From the IMG/VR virus record IMGVR_UViG_3300028454_000679: a stretch of 64,000 nucleotides of DNA. One strand, written 5' to 3'. Shown here piece by piece: positions 8,791 through 16,368 of this stretch. The DNA comes from a virus (Duplodnaviria; Heunggongvirae; Uroviricota; Caudoviricetes). Position 1 is the first letter of the stretch. Each line of letters opens with the position of its first letter. The notes under the pieces are model-generated. The model was not told the DNA's origin, did not search any database, and worked only from the letters and a program-made list of their open reading frames with translations. Both the position numbers and the translations under genes were made by a program.

Positions 8791-10044
8791 CTACTTTATA
8801 ACTACTGGAGTTCCGTAAATAATAAAACTTTCTAACCAATCTGCAAACTTCTCTGGCAGATTTATACCTCCATGAGAGCCTGCGGTTTTGTAAATGTTTC
8901 CACCGAAGGAGCCTCGCCAGTCAGCATCATGTAAGCCGACGCCGGAGTTCGTTAGACGATACCAATGATCTACCCAAGTACAATATCCGTCGCCTCTTAG
9001 GTACTTACCTTGCGGACTTATCTCTGTTACAGTGAATACACCTGATGGAGTATCATAAACACCAAGTGTTCCAGTGACACAGTCAGTCTCCTTGACCACT
9101 TTTCCATCTTTATATACATAAACATGCTGTTTCTTTTTGTTCACATAGATAAAGCTGTTTCCTACATCATCTGGAGCTTGTAGTCCAGTAATAGGTTTTT
9201 GGCTGTAGATCGGAGCAAACTGACCCAAGAAACCTTTATCCTTGTGCTGCTGTAGGAAAGCTTCTGCAGTTTTCTCCTCATCAACAACAAAGCCATATGT
9301 TCCTCCACTAACCTCAATATCCTTATCATTCAGATGAACAACATGTTTACTCCCTGCAGTGTTAAACTTTTCAGACAGCATACTTGCATAGGTTTTAGAA
9401 AGTGAGACAGTGTCTAAGGACACAGTACCTTTCTTGCTAATGGAAACAAACTTCTTAATGGTCTCAAAAGTAAGCGGACATTCCTTTTTAACTTCCCAAG
9501 ACTTGTAACTCTTTAGCTTCTTTAGCTGTTTATCTACTTTGCTATTATTATTTTTAGGCTCCTTTAGCCATTGTTCCACATGATAGATGCCTGCACCCTG
9601 CAATGGGATGCTGTCTACATCACACAAATAAGGCTTATTCTTAGAGGACACTGTTAAATCCTGATTTAGGGTCTTAACCGCAAAAAGAAAAGTTTGCTCA
9701 AAATGGCTCTGTAAAACGCCTTTGCTTCCTGGCTTCACAGACGCTTTAACAAACTTTTCGATTTTATCAGTAGCGGAAAAAAGATTGATATGTTCTATAC
9801 TCTCCTTATCCACACTAAATTCAAACAACTCCTCGTTTGGTATAGTACATTCCATACCAAATGCTTTAAATGTTGACTCTCCTGTGCTCAACTCATCTAC
9901 ATAATCATTCACAAGAGTAGCAGTTTCTCTTTGTACCCTTTTATTAAATTGATGGCACCCTAAAGCTGCCCCTAAAACAATAGCTAAAACAATAAGTGCA
10001 ATTCTTCGTTTCATAAATTCTCCTTGATTCCTAAGTATATTCAT
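8791..10044 (-). CDS. secreted L,D-transpeptidase (YkuD)-like protein, probably catalytically altered
   Basis: Signal peptide (MKRRIALIVLAIVLGAALGC). The C-terminal VGLHDADW....AGSHGGINLP....YGTPVVI matches the YkuD fold, but the SHGC catalytic Cys is replaced by Gly. Confidence 0.5.
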   Translation of the reverse strand: MNILRNQGEFMKRRIALIVLAIVLGAALGCHQFNKRVQRETATLVNDYVDELSTGESTFKAFGMECTIPNEELFEFSVDKESIEHINLFSATDKIEKFVKASVKPGSKGVLQSHFEQTFLFAVKTLNQDLTVSSKNKPYLCDVDSIPLQGAGIYHVEQWLKEPKNNNSKVDKQLKKLKSYKSWEVKKECPLTFETIKKFVSISKKGTVSLDTVSLSKTYASMLSEKFNTAGSKHVVHLNDKDIEVSGGTYGFVVDEEKTAEAFLQQHKDKGFLGQFAPIYSQKPITGLQAPDDVGNSFIYVNKKKQHVYVYKDGKVVKETDCVTGTLGVYDTPSGVFTVTEISPQGKYLRGDGYCTWVDHWYRLTNSGVGLHDADWRGSFGGNIYKTAGSHGGINLPEKFADWLESFIIYGTPVVIK

Positions 10045-10633
10045 ACTTGTAAACTACCTTAAAAGTACACTCACGCACCTAAGTGTGCACCAGTATATAA
10101 GTAAACACATAAGTCATTTCATGACTGTAAGTAGAATCATCTATTTCCTTATATGCAATCACTGACACATACTCATTCTCCTAAAGCCACGTAACCTCCT
10201 CTGTAGGCACAGCCTTACACTTACATACATCCTCTTACTCATACCCTAGAGCCACTGACAGGGAATACTCAAACACCAGTGCTAACACATAAGTCAGCTT
10301 ATAAGTCGCCACACATGCAAACACTAGTGTCTAAACATGTTAATACACTATGGTCAAAGTCAATGTATGCTTCAATAGTTGTGTATACTCATCAAACGAA
10401 TTGCACGCATGAGCCTACTTAGGTACAGTAGCATATTTCTAAATTACCTTAACAGACGGAGTCAGTCTATGCTTATATGTAGGCTTAGATACAGACTTGA
10501 CAGTTTGTGTCAGCTTATATATAGGTTTGGAAGTCAATGGCAGAGTAAACTCAAGCAACAGTGGTAGAGTAAACTTCTATACCAGAGTAAGTACAGACTT
10601 ATCATTCGACGGTGAAGTAACCACGGGCTGATT

Positions 10634-10729
10634 GTTGTCTAACGTGTTGATATGGTAAAGTGCCTGCTTTGCTCTCATGTACCCTAAGGTACTGCAGGTA
10701 AAATTACTCATATCAACACGTTAAACAAC
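10634..10729. repeat. inverted repeat carrying CTAACGTGTT motif (centromere/operator-like)
   Basis: gttgtctaacgtgttgatatgg and catatcaacacgttaaacaac form an inverted pair about 55 bp apart. Confidence 0.5.
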
Positions 10730-10732
10730 AAT

Positions 10733-11110
10733 AGGGGAGGTGGGGTAGTAAATGCTACCCCTATAATGGAAAATGCAAGCACAAACTAATGACACCTAAC
10801 GTGTTAGCACACCTAAAATCTTTTCACATATCCATTGTACCCAAAGGTACTAAAAGAGTAAAAGGTTGTGCTAACACGTTAGATGTCACAAAATACAAAT
10901 CCCTTGTAAGTTGTCACGTTAGACAACAAAGAGGAGGTCGGGGTAGCAAACACTACCCCTAAAAATGAAAAACACATCAAACTAATGGCACCTAACGTGT
11001 TAGCACACCTAAAATCTTTTTCACTCAAAAAGAATACCCAAAGGTACTAAAAGAATGAAGGTTATGCTAACACGTTAAGTGTCACAAAAACATAAGTCAA
11101 CTTATAAGTC
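10733..11110. repeat. two tandem ~190-bp repeats upstream of parA, each with a hairpin (GGGGTAG-N6-CTACCCC), a TATAAT-like box and two oppositely oriented CTAACACGTTAG sites; candidate parS/centromere
   Basis: Direct comparison of 10733-10925 with 10930-11110 gives about 85% identity. At least 7 copies of the 10-12 bp CTAACGTGTT motif in both orientations occur across 10636-11075. Confidence 0.55.
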
Positions 11111-11167
11111 AACTCATACATTGACACACCCAGAAAAAATTGCTATACTCTTAGTGGAGGTGTAATA

Positions 11168-11893
11168 ATGAAAACAATAGCAATAGCAAGCCAAAAGGGT
11201 GGTGTAGGTAAAACAACCACAGCCTTGGAACTCTATGACTGCTTAAAAGTTGCTGGTAAGTCTTGTTTATTCATAGACTTAGACCAACAGTGCAATGCAA
11301 CATCAACACTCGCTAACTTTCCTGACAACTGTAATACTATATATGACGTGCTCAAGAAAAACTGTGTAGCCAAACAAGCACTCCAAGGCGATATAATCCC
11401 TGGCAATCCATTACTCGCTTCAATTGAGTATGAACTCTCGTCAGTTATAGGTGGTGCGTTACGTCTAAAGCAGGCCCTTGCTGGATTAGACTACGATTAC
11501 TGCATAATAGACACGCCACCAAACTTAGGCATATACCTAATAAGTGCACTCATAGCTGCTACAGATGTTATAATACCAGTTAAGGCAGATGTATTCTCAA
11601 TCGAAGGGCTCTCAAACATACTAACGACAGTCAATGAAGTTAAAGAGAACTTCAACCAATCACTAAACATAATGGGTATACTTTTAACAAACTATGACCA
11701 GCGAAGGGAACTCGACCGGAAGATATGGAACACACTACACTATACAAAAATAGATTACCCGGTGTTCAATACCAAAGTACGAGTATGCCAAGACATAACA
11801 AAATCATGGAACAGTAAACAATTACTCTCTGAATACAATCCCAAGTGTAAGGCATATGAAGACTACTCAAAACTAGTAAAGGAGATAATTTAA
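11168..11893 (+). CDS. parA: ParA/Soj-family partition ATPase
   Basis: Deviant Walker A KGGVGKTT, then IDLDQQCN...IIDTPPNLG. 241 aa. RBS GGAGG. Located downstream of the repeat array. Confidence 0.85.
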   Translation: MKTIAIASQKGGVGKTTTALELYDCLKVAGKSCLFIDLDQQCNATSTLANFPDNCNTIYDVLKKNCVAKQALQGDIIPGNPLLASIEYELSSVIGGALRLKQALAGLDYDYCIIDTPPNLGIYLISALIAATDVIIPVKADVFSIEGLSNILTTVNEVKENFNQSLNIMGILLTNYDQRRELDRKIWNTLHYTKIDYPVFNTKVRVCQDITKSWNSKQLLSEYNPKCKAYEDYSKLVKEII

Positions 11894-12244
11894 ATGGCAG
11901 GAGATCAAAAAGTAAATGCAGCATCCTTATTGCTCAGCTCATTACAGACTAAAGAGAAGCAAGCACAAGAACCTCTAGCAACTCCAGAGACCTATGAGCA
12001 CGACTTTGGTGATGTAGACATGCAAGACTTGGAGTTTAACAGAGCAAAAGAACGTCAAGCTACACGAAACAAAATCCTACGAGAGGGTGATAACTTCGTA
12101 GTACAATCTGTGGAACGTAGAAGTAAGAAAAAGAACTTCATGTTTCCGGAATCCCTTGCTGAGAAGTTTGTTCAGGAAGCAAAAGCACTAAATGTTTCTC
12201 AAAACGAACTAATAGTCCAAATTCTTGAACAACGTTATAAGTAG
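11894..12244 (+). CDS. ribbon-helix-helix centromere-binding protein (ParG-like partner of ParA)
   Basis: Start codon abuts the parA stop. The C-terminal KKNFMFPESLAEKFVQEAKALNVSQNELIVQILE is RHH/CopG-like. Confidence 0.5.
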   Translation: MAGDQKVNAASLLLSSLQTKEKQAQEPLATPETYEHDFGDVDMQDLEFNRAKERQATRNKILREGDNFVVQSVERRSKKKNFMFPESLAEKFVQEAKALNVSQNELIVQILEQRYK

Positions 12245-12289
12245 CCTTGGTTGTTTAAAAATTATAATAGATAGATACAACTTATTATA

Positions 12290-12480
12290 CTTCTTTAAGA
12301 GAGGTGAAAATCCCCAAGTAACAAGGGTTTGCACAAGTTTACCCTTACCCTAAAGTAGAAACTTCTGTCCTAAAGATAGTAAACTACTGTATCGCTAGAT
12401 ACAAACTTCTTGTAGTGCAGTAGAGTAAAACTACTACATCTGGTGTATAAACTTCTGTATAGAAAGTAGAAAGTAGTGGC
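12290..12480. repeat. AT-rich region with repeated AAACTTCTGT / TAAACTACT motifs (possible origin-associated repeats)
   Basis: gaaacttctgtcc, caaacttcttgtag and taaacttctgtatag are direct repeats roughly 45 bp apart. Confidence 0.35.
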
Positions 12481-12539
12481 AGGAGAGTAGTAAGTTCAGC
12501 TAAATAGTGCCGAAGTGACTTTGTAAACCACAAAATATA

Positions 12540-12730
12540 GCAGTAACTGCCAAAATTCTACAAAAAGTACAGAACTTCAGTCAAAATTCTACACACTGAT
12601 TGGTAAAGCTTAGAGTACTCTACAAAATATACGGAACTTCAAAAAATCTACAAAATGAGCAGAACTTCCAAAAACGGGAAGAACAGTGAAAAATGTAGAG
12701 AAAGTTCTTGACAAAATGTAGAGACTATTG
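12540..12730. promoter_or_regulatory. iteron array plus promoter upstream of rep (putative replication origin)
   Basis: At least 3 direct repeats of ~22 bp, TCTACAAAAnnnnCnGAACTTC (12556, 12618, 12646), plus AAAATGTAGAGA x2. TTGACA (12708-12713), 17-bp spacer, TACACT, then RBS GGAGG. Confidence 0.5.
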
Positions 12731-12753
12731 TACACTCCTATTGGAGGTGTAGT

Positions 12754-13902
12754 ATGAGTAAAGAACCCACAACGTATGAGTATACATCGCTTGCTAAAGA
12801 CAACCTACTAATAAGTGCAAAGTATAGAGCAACACTACTAGAGCTTCGCGTGACCTATGCCTGCTTATTCATGATACAAAACAATAGCTATACAGAGAAA
12901 CCAGACGGCATCTATGTAAGCATGAAAGCAGGTGAACTCCGTGAGCTGATTGGTGCAAACTCGGGCTCTTTCTACAAGAGTCTTCTTCCTGTTGCTCAAA
13001 GTATGACAGCAAGGAGTCTGGGTATGGTAAACCCGGAGAATGAAGAGTTTGACTTTATTAGCCTAATAACTGAAGCCAAGTACAAAGATAGCGTGTTAAC
13101 AGTAGTCTTTAACAATAAGCTAAAGAAACATCTTGTTGCACTAAAGATGGACTATACAACAATACCAAAGCAGTACATAATGAAATTGAACTCAAATTAT
13201 GCTTTTAGGCTTTACGAGATACTGAAGAAGTCATGTTTTTATAGTAAAAGTTACAATGGGGAACGCAATGGCTATTTCCTCATACGACTCTCATTAGCAG
13301 AACTAAAATTGGATTTAGGTGTTGTAAATTCTGCACTAGACTCAGTTCAAAAAGAGCTACGTGGGTCCAAGACACCAAATTATGAAAAAGCTGTACAAGC
13401 CTCATCTGAAAAACTCTATGAGGACTGGTCATCATTCAAACGCTCATGTTTGGACAAGCCAATACGTGAGATAAACCAGAAAACTGACATACACGTTGAG
13501 TATGAAACTCATAGAGCCGGTCTAGGTGGTAAAGTGCATGCAGTGTCATTCACAGTGTATGTAAAAGAACTAGACAAGTCAAATACAACTGAAACCACCG
13601 GACTGACTGATCAAGAGAAGTTTTTATTTCACATGGAAGTTTACAAACTATTTGAGCAATACAAATTATCAATAGACTTCATTCAAAAACTCTCTGAGGC
13701 ATCAGACTACACCCTAGCCACACTCAAGGAAGTTGAAAAGGTTCTTAGAGCCTCTAATGGTGTGGCAAACATAGAGGGATGGCTTCTCAGTGCAGTAAAA
13801 GAGAGGTACTCACTACACCCTGCACAATCCGTAAACTTCAGGCAACGCGAGTATGATTACGATGAACTTGAAAGACGAATGCTTAACCGGAAAAGAACCT
13901 AA
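12754..13902 (+). CDS. replication initiator protein, Rep_3-like (iteron-type plasmid Rep)
   Basis: N-terminus YTSLAKDNLLISAKYRATLLELRVTYACLFMIQNN resembles the Rep_3/RepB motif (ARY.LS..E.RL.L..I..I). Iterons lie immediately upstream. Confidence 0.5.
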   Translation: MSKEPTTYEYTSLAKDNLLISAKYRATLLELRVTYACLFMIQNNSYTEKPDGIYVSMKAGELRELIGANSGSFYKSLLPVAQSMTARSLGMVNPENEEFDFISLITEAKYKDSVLTVVFNNKLKKHLVALKMDYTTIPKQYIMKLNSNYAFRLYEILKKSCFYSKSYNGERNGYFLIRLSLAELKLDLGVVNSALDSVQKELRGSKTPNYEKAVQASSEKLYEDWSSFKRSCLDKPIREINQKTDIHVEYETHRAGLGGKVHAVSFTVYVKELDKSNTTETTGLTDQEKFLFHMEVYKLFEQYKLSIDFIQKLSEASDYTLATLKEVEKVLRASNGVANIEGWLLSAVKERYSLHPAQSVNFRQREYDYDELERRMLNRKRT

Positions 13903-14002
13903 GACTTCGCAAAAGTCTTGTTTAACGAATAGTTAGTTCAAACTGTACACACTTATAAACTATCCTCGTAAGGGTAGCTTGTAAGTGAATACAGAGTGGA
14001 GT

Positions 14003-15076
14003 CTAAAGAGGCTCCACTCGAAGCTTTTTACACCTTGACTTAGAATAGAGTTTTACCTTGTATATGTCTTTTACAGTTGATGGCACTGTCACACTGTAAA
14101 CAGTTTTATTTGGTTTAACGCTCTCACGAGAGAAATGGAAAACATCACCTTGGGGCGTTACAAGTTTAGCAGTTGCAGTGGAATCCTTACACTCAAACCT
14201 AAAAGTGACAGGGTCTTCTGAAGGATGCTTCACACGAAACTTTTTTGTGTGACCATTCCTAAACTGTCCCTTTACAGAGACTTTCTCCACAGTTACACCT
14301 TTAAATGGATAAGTAACTGTTACATCCCCTGGCAAGTAGTTCACGCGGAACACTGCCTTACTCTTTCCCACACACTCAGGGTAAATTGTGTACCCTGAGC
14401 TATCCAAAGTAATACAAGGATATTCTAAATCTGAAACAAATCTTACGGTAACTATGGCACGCTTAACGGCACCGCACTCTTTAACAACTCTAACTCTTTG
14501 CTCCTCACTAGAACACGGAATAAACTCTCCATCCTGGCTGTAATCAAAGTAAGGCTCTGTGCAGTAAACTGGGCTTGAGAGCGTTTCAGTAAAACTAGTA
14601 CCCCTAACAGTCCTAGTGAACTTCTTACCATTCTTACGCTTGAAAACAACAGTGCAGCTTTTACCATCCTTTGCTGGATAAAAGCCATAGGGCACATCCT
14701 GCAAGGTCACCTTACTGCCATTCACACTGTAAAGGTAAGCACTCTTCCCATTGTACTTGCACAGTAATTTACCGCTCGTTGTCAACCTAACTCTAAATGG
14801 TAGGACATCAAAGTACATAAATGCTGGTGTGTAGTTTAGCGGTTCTACAGTATTCGAACACTTCACATCACCTGTTGTCTTTGGACTAGGTTGTGGAGCT
14901 GCTGCAGGAGTGGAGTTTTGAGAAACAGACCCCGAGCACCCTGAGAAAAACATACACACCAACAGAGTTAGAGCTAAAACACGTTTATTTACGACCAAAC
15001 CGATGTTACGGCAACCCAAGATGACCCATTGTAGTATTTTAACACACCTGGTGTGTAAGAAGATGTGTCTACCCAC
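14003..15076 (-). CDS. secreted lipoprotein, beta-rich (Ig-like) hypothetical
   Basis: Lipobox-like LLVCMFFSGC near the N-terminus; rich in T/V/K beta-strand pattern. The true start is probably internal to the listed ORF. Confidence 0.35.
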   Translation of the reverse strand: MGRHIFLHTRCVKILQWVILGCRNIGLVVNKRVLALTLLVCMFFSGCSGSVSQNSTPAAAPQPSPKTTGDVKCSNTVEPLNYTPAFMYFDVLPFRVRLTTSGKLLCKYNGKSAYLYSVNGSKVTLQDVPYGFYPAKDGKSCTVVFKRKNGKKFTRTVRGTSFTETLSSPVYCTEPYFDYSQDGEFIPCSSEEQRVRVVKECGAVKRAIVTVRFVSDLEYPCITLDSSGYTIYPECVGKSKAVFRVNYLPGDVTVTYPFKGVTVEKVSVKGQFRNGHTKKFRVKHPSEDPVTFRFECKDSTATAKLVTPQGDVFHFSRESVKPNKTVYSVTVPSTVKDIYKVKLYSKSRCKKLRVEPL

Positions 15077-15252
15077 AACTGGGATACATTAGTAGGCGCT
15101 GTATTACCAACAACGCAAGGTCCACCCGTTTGGTTCGTTGTAACCTTAGGTGCAGCCTTTACAGAATCAGCCAGGGCTGCTACTGCAAAAAAGGACGCCA
15201 AAAATCCGTAAATGCCTTTTTGAAGAAATTCTTTTCTAGACATACCTGACAT
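14989..15252 (-). CDS. small secreted protein with twin-arginine-like (RK) signal peptide; candidate Tat substrate
   Basis: Start refined to MSGMSRKEFLQKGIYGFLASFFAVAALADSVKA-AP. This gives S-R-K-x-F-L-x-K, a hydrophobic core and an AxA cleavage site. GGAGGAA RBS. Begins 2 nt after the tatC stop. Confidence 0.4.
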   Translation of the reverse strand: MSGMSRKEFLQKGIYGFLASFFAVAALADSVKAAPKVTTNQTGGPCVVGNTAPTNVSQLWVDTSSYTPGVLKYYNGSSWVAVTSVWS

Positions 15253-15253
15253 A

Positions 15254-15991
15254 CTAACATTCCTCCGAACTACGTTTTTCAATAAATGAACAAATAAAAA
15301 TACTAAACTGATACAGGAGTACAATAGGCACTGCAACTGCAATCTGGCTCACAACATCAGGCGGTGTTATAATTGCAGCTAATACAAAAGCAAGTACAAT
15401 TACAACCTTTCGTACCTTTCGTAAAAATGCTGTATGGACAAGACCTATCTTGCACAACACAACATTCACTAAAGGTATCTCACAGATAATACCTATTGCT
15501 AATCCCAATCCCACAAACAATCCCACAAAACTGTCCACACTAACAAGTGGTGTGACACCAAAGGCGGAATACCCCGTACCAAGTAAGAATTGTATGGTAA
15601 ATGGGATGAGCCACCTAAATGATGCATACATACCTGCCACAAAGACTCCATACCCAATGAAGGTGAAAAAGAACACCTTAAGCACTTTTACATTAAAAGC
15701 AGGTAAGACAAAAGCCAATACATTGTAAATGAGCAATGGTAAAGTGAGTAGGAAACTCAGAGTGAGACTGAGCTTTATCTCCTGCATAAATAGTGACTGT
15801 GGTGTTAAATACATAAATCTGAATCCAGCATTGTCCCCCACAAGCAGTATGCTTTGTATAACGGTCTTCCTGAACACGTAGGCTATCATAAACACAGCTA
15901 TAAGGAACACTGCGCAGATAAACAGCCTATGAGTTAGCTCCATCAGATGTTCCTGAGGATTCATCTGATTTACTGGTTTCTTCCTCTTCAT
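15254..15991 (-). CDS. tatC: Sec-independent protein translocase TatC
   Basis: Six predicted TM segments. N-terminal LMELTHRL motif and C-terminal ITPPDVVSQIAVAVPIVLLYQFSIF, which matches the TatC TPPDxxSQ..LA.P...LYE motif. Confidence 0.8.
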   Translation of the reverse strand: MKRKKPVNQMNPQEHLMELTHRLFICAVFLIAVFMIAYVFRKTVIQSILLVGDNAGFRFMYLTPQSLFMQEIKLSLTLSFLLTLPLLIYNVLAFVLPAFNVKVLKVFFFTFIGYGVFVAGMYASFRWLIPFTIQFLLGTGYSAFGVTPLVSVDSFVGLFVGLGLAIGIICEIPLVNVVLCKIGLVHTAFLRKVRKVVIVLAFVLAAIITPPDVVSQIAVAVPIVLLYQFSIFICSFIEKRSSEEC

Positions 15992-16121
15992 TTTCCTTCA
16001 AAGCCTTTCTGAAAATCTTTAAAGAGTCTCCTGCACCCTTTGCTAACTTAGGTAATTGAGTTGCCCCTCCTAAAAAGACTATAATTAACAAAACAATTAA
16101 CAATTCTGTTGTACTAACCAT
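15927..16121 (-). CDS. tatA: TatA/E-family translocase subunit
   Basis: Start refined to MVSTTELLIVLLIIVFLGGATQLPKLAKGAGDSLKIFRKAL: TM helix, Gly hinge and amphipathic helix. Acidic S/T-rich tail. Confidence 0.65.
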   Translation of the reverse strand: MVSTTELLIVLLIIVFLGGATQLPKLAKGAGDSLKIFRKALKENEEEETSKSDESSGTSDGANS

Positions 16122-16359
16122 TACTATCCTCCTTATTTGCAGTGTCCTCAGTGGTGGATACTGCATCTGCTAAATCCTGTTTGACCTCGTTAAGCGTATC
16201 CTTGACTTCATTTATAGGTACAGAGAGGGTCTCTGCACCCTCTCTGTAAGCTTTCATAGCTTTACCCAACTTCTCTGCGAACTGAGCTATCTGCTCTGGA
16301 GAGAAGAATATATGACAGCAAACAAGGATAACTATTAATTCTGGAACTCCAATACTCAT
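16114..16359 (-). CDS. tatB: second TatA/TatB-family subunit
   Basis: MSIGVPELIVILVCCHIFFSPEQIAQFAEKLGKAMKAYREG has TatA/B topology (TM, hinge FSP, amphipathic helix) with a longer charged tail. Confidence 0.55.
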   Translation of the reverse strand: MSIGVPELIVILVCCHIFFSPEQIAQFAEKLGKAMKAYREGAETLSVPINEVKDTLNEVKQDLADAVSTTEDTANKEDSNG

Positions 16360-16368
16360 ATGTCACCT

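Noticed and set aside
10379-10567. Plus-strand ORF 10379..10567 and other small ORFs in the 10.0-11.1 kb region
   Set aside because: They lie in the repeat-dense centromere/operator-like non-coding region. They have no RBS and a skewed composition.
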